Origin: Eledone cirrhosa
Taxonomy: Eukaryota
Length of the DNA: 64,000 nt
Direction: 5' to 3'
Assembly (NCBI GenBank): GCA_964016885.1
Contig: OZ024745.1
Coordinates: 99,014,001-99,078,000 of the forward strand
A program made the position numbers and the translations under genes. The notes beneath the pieces were generated by a model. That model saw nothing but the letters and a program-made list of their open reading frames with translations. It was not told where the DNA came from and did not search any database. Below, piece after piece: positions 1 to 11,642 of the stretch. How positions within the stretch are numbered: the stretch's first letter is position 1; every line of letters begins with the position of its first letter.

Positions 1-187
1 ATTATATATAAAGAAAACAACATAAGCCAACAAGAAAATTTCTATGACATAAATAATCTCTAAATATTGCAGTCAAATCACCCACCACAAACTAACATGT
101 CTTTAAAAACAGAGTTCATTTATTTTAAGGAGAGGATCACATAATTTCATACCATAGATCTATCTATTCAGAGCTGAGTAAGATTAA

Positions 188-347
188 CCCTTTTGATTTC
201 AAACCATCTGAAACTATATATTTCTCTAAAAATCTTCCATCATAATTTATGTAAGAACCTACTGAATCTTTCCAAATTCTTGATTATTTTCCAAAATTTT
301 TGAAAATCATAGGCAATGATTTTCATTAGAAATATGGTAGTGAAAGA
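188..347. mobile_element. Degenerate piggyBac-like MITE (family B)
   Basis: Starts TTAA-CCCTTTTGAT. Shares internal motifs (AAAATCTTCCATCATAATTTATGTAAGAACCT; TTTCATTAGAAATATGGTA) with copies at 6868, 27568 and 32822. The right end is decayed. Confidence 0.5.
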
Positions 348-698
348 TCAGCAGCTACAGCAAAAACAACAATAATTGAACATTAAGTCATTGCAAACCA
401 ACTTTTCATTTTAAAATTTCATCATTAAATTAATTTTGACACCAACAATAAATACCCAGTAATAACATATTACCGATTTTTTAAAACTTTGTTTTCTGTA
501 TTTCAGTAAAAGAACTTTATTAAATAGAAATATCAATGAGAATATGTTTTGCTGACATGGGCCAACACAAAAACAGTAATTTTTTTATAGTTCAATAGAT
601 ATATGCATTAATAGTTTTACTGCAGCATAGCACTAAACTGGGTAATCAGACATGGCCTGCAACAGCTGTCGAAGCAATACAATAAAGCAATACAAATT

Positions 699-1573
699 AC
701 TGTCTACAACTGCATCAGATTGAACTACTCTCACATGGAGTATAATCCAGTCAAAGAATGCTTTACATGTAGCCATCACTTGCTCTAGATGTATCTCAAA
801 AACATGGAAAGAACAAGTTAAAATCTGTTTTACATCCAAAACATCACCTTACTAACATATCCTGTATCTGCTAGTAAAGTTGAAGTACCAAATATTAGTC
901 TTTTACATACAAAGTGAAATAACTGATCCCTGTATTAAAATGAAAAGAAAAGTGAAATTTACAGCTCACACATATGAAGGTTTGGCTGGTCTCCTCCGAA
1001 GTTACATTACATAAGAAGTTTTCTGAACGTTTTAATAAGAGGGGCCTCAATCCTATCCTGAAAAGCAGCATGAAATGAAGTGTTTTGCTCAAGATCACAA
1101 TACACCATTCAATCAAACTCATGACATTATGGTCATGAGTTCAACACCTTAACCACTAAGCCATGTGCCTTTACAATACTTGTTTTATCCTTAATAATTT
1201 GACCACTTAAAAGAATACTAGTTTCTTATATAGATACAAGGTTAGGAAATATTTACTACCATTTCTGGGTCACAGAATACCTTGAATTAAGAGTTGCCTG
1301 CTCTATGACATACTCACATTCTCATTCTCATGTCCTAACAAGCAACTCTCGAATCATTAACATCATGAAGCAATTTTATAATATTGTTTCCACCCACTTA
1401 GCTAATTGAAAATTGCCTTCCTTTGAAGGCGCCTCGTAGAATTCATCTTCACACTGATGACACAAGTGTTAACAATATCAAACTGTCTACAACTGCATCA
1501 GATTGAACTACTCTCACATGGAGTATAATTCAGTTAAAGAATGCTTTACATGTAGCCATCACTTGCTCTAGAT
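699..1573 (+). repeat. 92-bp direct duplication (699-790 and 1482-1573)
   Basis: ACTGTCTACAACTGCATCAGATTGAAC...CACTTGCTCTAGAT occurs twice, 783 bp apart, with two substitutions by eye. Confidence 0.9.
1060..1171 (-). mobile_element. 5' fragment of tRNA-headed CORE-like SINE
   Basis: Reverse complement reads AAGGCACATGGCTTAGTGGTTAAGGTGTTG (A box), then a degenerate B box and CTTGAGCAAAACACTTCATTTCA. Matches the full copies at 39105 and 61206. Confidence 0.7.
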
Positions 1574-2051
1574 TTGAAATAATGTGTATACAATGTGTGT
1601 GTGTGAAACAGACAGACTTAATAAGTGTCATATGGTCTATTATGATTTTATCACTAAATTGTCATGGCAACACCATTTCCAAATCTAAACTTATGACCTT
1701 TTGTAATGCATAAAACCTTAATTATGCTCCATAACTGTCATCATACATTCATTCTGAGATTGAAACAAGCTGAAAATAACTTGTTTGCCTAAATGGCCTC
1801 TAAAGCATTATATGCTGGCTTTAGTTATTAGAAGAATGTCATAAAATTACATGATCACATCTTTCAACCACAGAGCAGGAGTTATATAATTATTTCAAAA
1901 TATCGAAAGTGTCAGAAAATTCCTTGTTAATATGATGTATAGAATGTCTTTCAATGTCTGTTCAAAACAAAGAGAGAGAACAGTAAATACATCAGGACTT
2001 TTTAAATGTTTCTCCATCCTAGCAATTTTTAAATAGATCTGAAATATTACA

Positions 2052-2270
2052 TAATCATCATATGTCTACCTTCCATGCTGGACTGAGTTGGTCAAGGTAT
2101 CATGGTCACAAACTAGACTGGTCGGAAAACCACGTCCTGCTCATGCATTCCATAGTTTGGCATGGGTTCTATGGCTGGATGCCCTTCCTAATGCCAACCA
2201 CTTTACAGAGAGTATTGGATACATTTTATTGTGGAACCAACACTGGAGAGATTGTCATGTACTCAGCAAC
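2052..2270 (-). mobile_element. RTE LINE 3' UTR fragment
   Basis: Contains TTCTATGGCTGGATGCCCTTCCTAATGCCAACCAC, the motif shared by all RTE 3' ends in the window. Confidence 0.7.
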
Positions 2271-2879
2271 TGAAGAGACTGAAGAACCGTCTCTACATTA
2301 TATTACCTCTCTTTGGTCACCAGCCACTTTGCAGTACGTACTCAATATTACTACATATTGAGTTCCATTGTTCTCAAATATATCTATTATTAAATTACTG
2401 GTATTTTAATAATGTTTGCTTTCAATGCTATACTGCACTATAGAATATATCTATAGATTTTAGCTAACACTATATGGTAGACAGATGTAAACACTTTTTA
2501 GATACAATATCTTCATGGGCTGATGTGTATTGAGGCAGCTCTTCCATCTGTCTCTTGATATCACACTCTCTAGAGAAACTGTTCATAATAGTGGGGCCAA
2601 AATATTTGGACTTGAGAGTTACATCCAGCTCACAACTGTTGATGGCAATCATCACAAACCAAGGAAATTTAAATATAACAATATACAAGTTAACAGTTTG
2701 GTGGGAGATATTTTTACAACAAACTTCCTTCTGAAAAATTTATTTTCTATTCTGTAGTATTTATCTTCACCAAATCTCCAAGTATTACAGCATTAATGAC
2801 AACATGTAGATACATATGGTGGAGCTGTATGGTGTGGGAAAAGAATTAATGATGTTAGGACTAATATAGTAAGAATGAT

Positions 2880-3076
2880 GTGGTGTAACTAAGACAGAAA
2901 AAAATGTTATGTATAAGAGGAAGCTTATCGTCTAACTAAGACAGAAAATAAAGCTATGTATAAGAGGGAGCTTATGGTCTAACTTTGACTAATGGTGTAG
3001 TGTATAAGAGGAAGCTATAGTCTAACTTTGACTAATGGTGTAGTGTATAAGAGAAAGCTATAGTATAACTAAGACT
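2880..3076. repeat. Minisatellite, about 4 copies of 43-47 bp
   Basis: GTATAAGAGGAAGC-like core recurs at about 2911, 2958, 3002 and 3045. Confidence 0.8.
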
Positions 3077-3408
3077 GGGAAAATGTCAAAGATGAATGCA
3101 TAATAAAATCAAAACGGGCAACATAAAGGTCAAAGTGACAACAAACTATAACCTTAGGCAAATATCTTACAGTAGAAATACAATTACTCCAAGCTTTTGT
3201 AAACTTAAAGAATGACTATATCTTTGTAAAAATTGTAATGAATTCATTACAATTTTTGTATTTGTTTTTTATTGTTATTTTTTCAGATCTACAAATCTAA
3301 ATATGTTATTAGGAAGAGACAAAGTATTATAACAGATGGGCAAGAAACTAAGTTGATGTACAATCAGATTTGCAGAGCAACCATAAAACATCTTTGTTCA
3401 ATATTTAA

Positions 3409-3628
3409 CCCTTTAGCATTCACATTACTCTATATTTACTATTATATTTTCAAGGTAAAGGCTTTACCTCACATAATTATCTCACATAATATCGAATCTA
3501 TGAGATTTTGAAAGCACTTATTTTGAGAACAATACCTTAACATCAGTTTGAGCAACCAGTTACAGCCAGTTTCAACAGAAAGGGGTAGAGAATTCTGGTC
3601 GGTTTTGGCTGGTTTGAATATTAAAGGG
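3409..3628 (+). mobile_element. piggyBac-like MITE (family A), 220 bp
   Basis: TTAA on both flanks (3405-3408, 3629-3632). TIRs CCCTTTAGCATTCA / TGAATATTAAAGGG. An inverted second copy is at 10166-10381. Confidence 0.8.
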
Positions 3629-3769
3629 TTAAAACAAAAATGTAATACAATGATAACAATGAAGAAAAGATATCATGGTAGTCCTAGTGGGGGTGATTTT
3701 TAAGGTGGTTGATTTCAGGCCTTAAAATAGATGAATACTTGATATTAGTGTAAGGTAATTAACACTTAA

Positions 3770-4135
3770 TGTCCTGTACCCATGAAACTGCATTAGTAAG
3801 ACATTGTAGGAAAGTAATAAACAACACTATGACTACATCACATAAAAAATTGGAGTCTTTAGTTTATGGCAATTTTTACAATGATCTGTCCACTACTAGT
3901 AAAGATAGTATAAACATTTGAATTAATAAATCACATAAAACTGCACTAGCAAGACATTCTTGAAAAGTACAAAACAGCATGATGAGTGAATCACATTAAA
4001 AATTTAAGTCTTTACTCTAATTCAGCAAATTTTCACAAGGATCTGTCCACTAGTAAAGATAGTATAAACATCTGAATTACCAAACCCATTTTTAGATATC
4101 ATCTGCTTAAACCATTACAGGATGTTAAGAGTTAA
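3770..4135 (+). repeat. Unclassified AT-rich dispersed repeat, two tandem subunits of about 155 bp
   Basis: GATCTGTCCACTAGTAAAGATAGTATAAACAT...AAACCCATTTTTAGATAT. Related copies lie near 15985-16045, 37875-38050, 41030-41260 (inverted) and 45170-45750. Confidence 0.7.
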
Positions 4136-4572
4136 ATGAGTATTGCAAATAATTATACAATTTCTTCAGACTCCACATGTACCAAAAACTAAACAATTTT
4201 TGCATATCAACAAAGATAAACTTGTTGGTGTTTGTGTGTGGGTCAAAAGATTTTTAAATCTCTGTGGGGATGGAAAAGTTAGCAATGAAAGAAAACAAAA
4301 TAATACTTGAAAGAAGAGTACTAAGTAATGAAGGACCAAGATAAATTTGAAAGAGCTAAGTGTGAAGACATTCGGATATTAAAAACCTCTAAGTATTTCT
4401 TGCTAATAAATAGTTAGTTTGTGTGAATTAGATAAGCAACAGTGATTAGAGGTAAATAGGGCACGTGTGAGTCAGCTACACACACACACAAAATTAAAAG
4501 ATGGCCAGAAAAGAAGTATTTAGAAATACATGTCTGATGTCTGCTAGTATGGGAAAATACCATTAATAAAGC

Positions 4573-4642
4573 TGATGATAATAATGCTAACGATGATAAT
4601 GATGATGATGATGCTAATGATGTTGATGATAATGATGATGAT
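4573..4642. repeat. Imperfect (GAT)n microsatellite
   Basis: Direct reading. Confidence 0.9.
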
Positions 4643-4966
4643 ATTGCATCTTTAGCAGCTAAATTAAGCCAACAATTAGGTCCAGTACATTGTTTTTCCA
4701 GTATATATTTACAAGCAGTGATATGGTTTCTAAGCTTTACTATTTAGTGTAGTCGGTGAAACATAACGGAAGTGACCAATTCAGAAGGGTTAATTGAATA
4801 GATTTCCGACAGAGACATCGATCAATATATGTTATTTTTGATGGAAGTAGGAAAGAAAGATTCCATTGCTATCTGTTGCAGATTGCAGGTTGGTTATATA
4901 AATATGTCGATAGGGTAAAATAAAAAGACAAAACAATTAAGAGAAAGAAAAGATTATATATATATA

Positions 4967-5046
4967 CAGGGTGTCTCCCAAAAAATGTATACACACTTCA
5001 ACAAAATTCTAATCAAAGTGTGTATACATTTTCTGGCGACACCCTG
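4967..5046. mobile_element. 80-bp Tc1/mariner-type hairpin MITE
   Basis: TIRs of about 32 bp, CAGGGTGTCTCCCAAAAAATGTATACACACTT / AAGTGTGTATACATTTTCTGGCGACACCCTG. Preceded by TA inside a (TA)n tract. Confidence 0.8.
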
Positions 5047-5085
5047 TTTATATATACATATATGTGTGTGTGTGCACACGCGTGC

Positions 5086-5136
<51 letters not shown>

Positions 5137-5152
5137 TGATTACGATGACGTG

Positions 5153-5183
<31 letters not shown>

Positions 5184-5453
5184 GAAGTGATCACGACACA
5201 TGAAGTACTTAATATTGAATAAAATAACAATGATAGAGGTTAATTTTTAAACTCAAAACTAGAGTAAAACTGAGAGGTTTAAAAGAGAAGACAGGCAAAA
5301 TTAGAGATTGAAGCATTAATATTCCCAGAGTTATTATTACTAAAGGATTTCTTCAGTCAGGAAATACTCATACCAAATGTTAAAGAAACTGATGTAGCAA
5401 TGAGATTAGCCATGAACATTTGCATATGTATTATACACATGCACATTTATAAT

Positions 5454-5640
5454 TGTTTCTACTTTTGGCATAAGGCCAGCAATTATCCAAGTGCATTACT
5501 GGTACTTTATTTTATCAACCCCTTAAGGATGAAAGGCAAAGTTAATCTTGGTGGGATTTGAACGCAGAACGTAAAGGGCCGTAACTCTGTACTGCAAAGC
5601 ATGGCGTCCGACCCTCCACTGATACTGCCAATCCACTACT
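5454..5640 (-). mobile_element. tRNA-derived SINE with Deu/Nin-like body, full length
   Basis: A box TGGCAGTATCAG, B box GTTCAAATCC, body TTTGCCTTTCATCCTT..GG.TGATAAAATAAAGTACCAG. 17-bp TSD ACATGCACAT(T/A)TATAAT at 5437-5453 and 5641-5657. Confidence 0.85.
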
Positions 5641-5749
5641 ACATGCACATATATAATGCACAAACGTCTGTATGCATGTATGTGTGTATGATTGTATCAC
5701 TATTTGCTTTTACATGGTGAAAATGTGTTCAATACTTGTGATTTACAGG

Positions 5750-6163
5750 ATAAATACACCCAGTACATGTTGTAAAGAGGTTGGGAACAGGAAGGGTATC
5801 CAGCTGTAAAAGCTTGCCAAACAAAGGGTCGAGAGTACCCTCCAGTCATGTCAAGGATTTGACAGCTACTACATGATAAATGCATACAGTACATGCTATA
5901 AAGTGGTTGGTGATGGAAAATGCATCTAGCCATAGAAAGCTTGTCAAACAAAGTGTTGGGAGGACCCTTCAGTGGTGTCAAAGACATGACAACCTCTCTT
6001 GAGCACCCGACAGAACATGAGACTGCACATAAGTGAGATGCAGCACCCCCTAACCCGTCTAGGAAGTCAGTATACCCACTTCAATACTGACAGTCTATAT
6101 TGACCCATTCAACCCTTGCTAGCAGGAAAAATGGGTGTTAATCGATGATGAGGATGATGATGA
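5750..6163 (+). mobile_element. Degenerate RTE-type 3' end with internal duplication and (GAT)n tail
   Basis: AGGAAGGGTATCCAGCTGTAAAA motif, repeated in decayed form. Ends AACCCTTGCTAGCAGGAAAA...GATGATGAGGATGATGATG. Confidence 0.6.
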
Positions 6164-6867
6164 AGTAAGAATGAAAAGATAGACTTTTTTTTTTGTTTGT
6201 TTTTTTGCTTTGAATAATAAACAAAACCATTTTACTGACTGTATACTATCATTGTACACTTTTTTTTTTTACACCCCTTCAATGGTTTTGCAAGTTTATT
6301 TGTATATTGTTAGACACCATTCCTACTGTTAATTCCTGATCTATAAAGTAATATGAACAGAAAAATTATTTCCTCAACTAGAGCAGACTGAATGAAAATA
6401 TTTATTTTATGACTTAATTTGAAGAGGGAGGACAATACCCATGATTCCTTGTTTCCGAAGAAGAAGAAACTGTGGTTATTGTACTGAAATTGTCCCTTCT
6501 AAACTGTGATTAAAACGGGAAAACTCAGTATAGCGAAACAAAAGTTTTCTACACGTTGAACTATGTAACTCTTTTCATTATTTTAGCTTTTAGTTGCCTG
6601 AATCATTTAATTATTTGAATAAAACATTCTATAAAAAGAAGCTCTTTAAAGAACAACATTTTTTAATGATTTTTATAGTTCTCTAGCTAAAGGATAATGA
6701 AATGAACTAATCTGTCCCTCTTAGGTAACTAATTCAGATAGACTATCTTTTACAGTTAGCAACAGAATATAAAGTCCTTACACACAAACCAGATAGTCCA
6801 ATACTTAAAGTATCCTTCATTAAGAAATAATAAAAAGTACTTAATAAAAAAAATATCTTTTGTTTAA

Positions 6868-7055
6868 CCCTTTCATTACCATACTTCCAATGATTTTCAA
6901 ATAATTTTGAAAATGTATGGGGGAACTTTAGTAATAAACTAACTTTCACCTTATTAACTAGTATTAGGAGCATAGCTTAAAGGTTATTTTGAAAGTTTTT
7001 AGATCAATACAAAGTTTTGTATTGTAGAACCAGGAACTGTTTGGTATCAAAAGTG
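6868..7055. mobile_element. piggyBac-like MITE (family B)
   Basis: TTAA-CCCTTTCATTACCA ... TGGTATCAAAAGTG-TTAA. Confidence 0.65.
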
Positions 7056-7752
7056 TTAATACAAGATTTGGTTTGCAATATCAAACAACAGATTCAAGTA
7101 AAAGAGATGAAACAGCCACTAAAAGGTAGTTATTAACTTGAAAGCAGTAACTAATAATCAGGCTTGAATAAAAACCAAAATTAGAATATAGAAAAATTTT
7201 GTTTCTACTTTTTTACACAAATTTTATTTCTTTTGATGTCTTATCGATAGATAATGATGTTTTCAGATGAATATTTAAAACATTATCTGAGACTCCATGA
7301 AGACTAAGAAGGAAAGCAAGTGTTCTAAAATCACTAAATTTATCACAGGCCATGTTATAAGAGATGCTATAGTTTACATGTGTCAAAAAGTAGAAACAAA
7401 ATACCAAAACAAAACGATTTTATGCCATGTATATATAAATTTCTGCAATTCTGTCACAACACATAAAGAGAGGAGTAGTTTGACAACCTCATACTACACC
7501 TCTTTCTTTACGTCTGCTGCCTGTGTCAATGTATGTGTGTGTAAAAGGAAGGAGGTGGGTGGTGAAAAAACTATGTTGATGTAAATGTGTGTGTGTGTGT
7601 GTGAATGTATATCTGTGAGTGTGTATTTTTGTAAGTGTGTCTGTGTTTGCGGGTTTATATTTATAAACTTATACATATAAATGTATGCACATACACACAT
7701 GCATTAGCGTATGGAAAAAAAATTTAGTATTAAAAATAACACAGATGCTTGC

Positions 7753-9992
7753 TTTGATTGGAAGAAAGCAGATTGGAACTAGTACTGCACTGAGCTACAG
7801 CGCCCAAACTGGAATGAGTTGTATAACTCTGGAGATGTGACCACTATACTCCAGAGCATCCTGGACTCAATATGGATAGCGTGTGCAGCATCAGTGCCAC
7901 GTAAGCAGAAAAAAAACCACCCCAAAAGTGAAATTTGGGAAACTTCAGTGGTCCGACTTGCCAGGAAAGAACGTCGGAACGCTGAACGGGAATATAAACT
8001 GCATAAATCAGATGCCAACAGAAAAAAGTGGAATAAATCTTCCAACCATCTCAAGCAAGTGACAAAGAAGGCAGTGCTTGAATTTGAACAGTGCATAGCA
8101 ACCAATCCTGACAGTAAGGTGTTCTGGAAATATGTTCATTCAAAGCAGAGACCTCACTCTCCAGTTGGTCCTCTTCGCAATCCCCACACAAGCCAGATCA
8201 CTGACGATCCCAAAGAATGCGCAGAACTCATTGCTGAGTGCTATGCAAGTATTTTTACTGTTGAAAACCAGAATGTACCATTTCCACCATCTCTAACATC
8301 AAATTCCATAACAACTATGGAATTTACACCTGCAATGTTACGACGTCACCTTAAGAATAAGCGCAACTATGCCTCCCCTGGTCTTGATAGTGTTACATAC
8401 CTGCTTCTCAAACGTGGCGGGTACTTCCTTTTGCACCAGCTTTCTTTCTTCTTTCAATACTGTCTCAACAATGGTGCTACTCCGGAACAGTGGAAAACTG
8501 CTAGTGTCATTCTCCTGTTCAAAAAGGGCAACCGCATGTTACCTGTCAACTATCGTCCAGTCAGTCTTACTAGCTGTATTGCCAAACTGATGGAATCCTG
8601 TGACAGAGAAACACTTTGGAACTTCTGGAGCTCTCACAGCCTCATCCGGCTCTCGCAGTTTGGATTTATCCCTAACTCCAGCTGCTGTGATCAGCTTATC
8701 GAGTTCCTTGAAGACATCACCCGGATCACTGACAGCGGCTCATGGGTGGATGTTGTTTACCTTGACTTTGCTAAGGCTTTCAATTCTGTGCCACACAAAA
8801 GACTTATGGCAAAACTCTCTGCAATGGGTGTGAGGGATGATCTTTTTAACTGGTTGAAATCCTTCATTCTCAGTCGAAAAGAGGTAGTCACGGTTCTAGG
8901 ACAGCATTCTTCACCATATGAGATGTCATCTGGTGTACCACAGGGATCTGTTCTTGGTCCCCTTTTGTTTGTGGCATATATTAATGACATAGATGCCAAC
9001 TTAAAGAATGCCACGGTACTGAAATACGCAGATGACATCAAGCTGTACCTTGAAATCAAAAGGACTGATCCTGAAATCTACAACTCTTTCCTACAATCAG
9101 ACCTGGACACAATGCAGCAATGGGTCACAGACTGGCAACTGAAGCTGGCTGTGGACAAGTGTACCACCATGCATTTTGGGAGGGAAAATCCAGCGTCCAC
9201 ATACTCCCTCCACAACACTGATATCAAGAAGTCCTCTTGTGAACGTGACCTGGGCATTACTGTCAGCAGCGATTTGCATTGGACAAAGCATGTCTATAAG
9301 ATTGTCAAGAAGGCTGAGGGTGTCTTGGCATCACTCAGCAAGACCTTTGTTAGCCGCTCTCCAACCATCTATTTAAAGCTGCATACTTTGTGGAAGACCA
9401 CACTTGGAATTTGCATCATGTCTGGAACCCCTATCTTGCTCAGAACATTGACCTCCTGGAAACTGTTCAGAGACGTGCAACCAAGCGCATACCCTCCATC
9501 AGACACCTACCATACTCTGAACGCCTTGCTTCCCTGGGCATGGATTCATTGAAGCTCCGACGTCTGGCAATGGACTTGGTAAACACCCACAAAGTTATTA
9601 ACCATCTCGCCAACAACAACCCTGAGTACCTTTTTGATCTCCATGTGTCTAACACACGTGGACATGCCTACAAAATCAGAAAACAGCACAGCTCCCATGA
9701 CTTTCGTAAACATTTTTTCACGCTCAGAGTTGCTGAAGCATGGAACAAACAGCCTGCGTCAGTTGTTAGCTGCCGAGACACTGCATCCTTTAAAACCCTC
9801 ATGCTTCCCGAAATACGCCAAAACTACACCTGATGTACCCGTTCCATACACATGCACACGTGTATATCATGACTCATGCACTGTTCATTTTCCTGACGTT
9901 TGTACATTACCCTATGTACTATACATACACCTTTTGATGAGTTGTAGTGCACCTGAGCACTGCACACAATATTTCATTATTATTATTATTAT
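7753..9992 (+). mobile_element. 5'-truncated CR1-type LINE
   Basis: GC-richer block containing the RT ORF and a CR1-typical C terminus (WNPY..LETVQRRATK..YSERL..TRGH..FFTLRV..WN), followed by a short 3' UTR and an (ATT)n tail at 9976-9992. No endonuclease domain is visible. Confidence 0.92.
7819..9833 (+). pseudogene. LINE ORF2 reverse transcriptase, truncated and frameshifted
   Basis: Motifs SPGLD, NYRPVSLTS, QFGF, YLDFAKAFNSV, GVPQGSVLGPLLF, YADD and ERDLG lie in ORF 7819-9552. Two frameshifts occur near 9391 and 9420, with RPHLEFAS in a third frame. The C terminus is in ORF 9390-9833. Confidence 0.92.
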
Positions 9993-10165
9993 GTAGCTCA
10001 TAAAGATGCGTGTATATATATATATTTATGGCTCAACACAAGCACATAAGAGCATAACAGATATACACTTACACATACCAACTAACAGTACATTTCTTTT
10101 TCTTCATTATTTTGTTTTCTAAGTTTTGAATATTTCAACTATATTATAAAATGTCAGTACCTTAA

Positions 10166-10381
10166 CCCTTTAGCATTTAAACTGGCTGTACCTGCCCAAA
10201 ATTCTCTCACCGCTTTCTGTTCAAACCGGTTGTAACTGGCCACTCATACTGATGTTAAGGTATTGTTCTCAAAATAAATATCAAAATCATAGATTCGATA
10301 TTTTGTGAGATAATTATGTGAGGTAAAGCCTTTACTGTGAAAATACAATAGTAAATATAGAGTAATGTAAATGGTAATGGG
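10166..10381 (-). mobile_element. piggyBac-like MITE (family A), inverted copy
   Basis: TTAA flanks at 10162-10165 and 10382-10385. Reverse-complement match to 3409-3628. Confidence 0.8.
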
Positions 10382-10548
10382 TTAAATTAATCTTATCTCT
10401 AGGAAGTAGGCATTTTAAAAGACACCTTTTCTCACATTTCTATCATCAATACAATATAATAAACAATGGAGTGATACTAAGATATTTCTTATCAATAATA
10501 TTTTATTGTCCTACCACATTATAAACCAAATTTCTTTTTATTAATATA

Positions 10549-10732
10549 TGGTGGATTGGCAGTATCGGTAGAGGGTCGGACGCCATGCTTTGACGCAAAG
10601 AGTTACGGCTCTTGCCATTCTGAGTTCAAATCCCGCCGAGGTTAACTTTGCTTTCATCCTTACGGGGTCGATAAAATAAAGTACCAGTAATGTACTGGGA
10701 TAATTGCTGGCCTTGTGCCAAAAGTAGAAACA
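10549..10732 (+). mobile_element. tRNA-derived SINE with Deu/Nin-like body, full length
   Basis: GGTGGATTGGCAGTATCGGTAG...GAGTTCAAATCCCGCCGAGG...CTTTCATCCTTACGGGGTCGATAAAATAAAGTACCAG...GTAGAAACA. TSD ATTAATATA at 10540-10548 and 10733-10741. Confidence 0.9.
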
Positions 10733-10771
10733 ATTAATATAAATGAAATCTTAGTTTTCAAGTTCACAGTC

Positions 10772-10991
10772 AACTCTGTTTTAAACAAGAGAGCTTCTAT
10801 GTGGTTACTTGACCTGTTAGAAACAGCAGCCAAATCTTTCTCAAATTACACCGTAGCATCTTAAAAAATATAGGGTACATTAGATAATGAAGTGCCAGAA
10901 AACAAAACAAAAAATATGGTCACAGCTGAAATGTTTTTTTACCTTAGTTCTGTCTGTTGAATGATGTTTGACTTGGGGACTAAACAACAAC
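10772..10991 (+). repeat. Unclassified dispersed repeat ending in (AAC)n
   Basis: GACCTGTTAGAAACAGCAGCCAAATCT...GACTTGGGGACTAAACAACAAC. Related copies lie near 30870-31080, 36240-36420, 33955 and 35420. Confidence 0.6.
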
Positions 10992-11221
10992 TTATCAACT
11001 AAATTAAATCCATTTAGAGTGTGTGAGAAGAATGTATTCAGATGTTACACATTACTAATATGAGATTTAACAAATACCCATAACAATGCATACAAATCTT
11101 ATTTTGATAAGGTTCAGAAAATTGCTCTCACAACTGCCTAACTTTAGCAGCACTGTGAGGTTTTCCAGTTTTATGACAAGATGCCAGTGTAACTGTCATT
11201 TGTCATCATTTAGTACTTCAA

Positions 11222-11642
11222 CCCTTTTGTGGTTGTATTTCTAACGATACACTCTATTTCAATTAATTGAGGAAAAATTTCAAAGGATTTACTACAATTA
11301 TTATTTCATTACTAAAATTATAGCTGTCACTCACAATCAAGTATGACTTTCATTAAGGGTTTTCAGCAGAATATCAAGGATTTGATGGCTGGAAGGAGAG
11401 AGGTCTGCACCAGCACTGTGCTGGTACTTTTTTTTATCAACCCTGAAAAGGCGAAAGTTAAAGTGGACCTTGAAAGAATTTGAACTCAGAATGTAGAGAC
11501 CAAAAACAAATATCCAATGCTCTAACGACTCCTTATCACTAAAATAGTAAATTAACATATAGTTCTTTATAAAATTATGTTTGAAGACTTTAATTTAAAT
11601 AGAAATCCTTTACAATGGGTTGTTCTGTTTCATAGAATCAGG
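11222..11642. mobile_element. piggyBac-like MITE (family B) interrupted by a degenerate minus-strand SINE at about 11340-11530
   Basis: The two halves match 18155-18547. The middle carries CTGGTACTTT..TTATCAACCC..GAATTTGAACTCAGAA. Confidence 0.55.

Noticed and set aside
1453-1480. Hammerhead core CTGATGA-CAC-AA-GTG
   Set aside because: There is no GAAA or stem III downstream.
2470-2757. Overlapping 72-75 aa ORFs as host exons
   Set aside because: No recognisable domain and no convincing splice pair.
8369-9996. Overlapping alternate-frame and antisense ORFs in the LINE
   Set aside because: Apart from 9390-9833, they are shadows of the GC-richer RT sequence.
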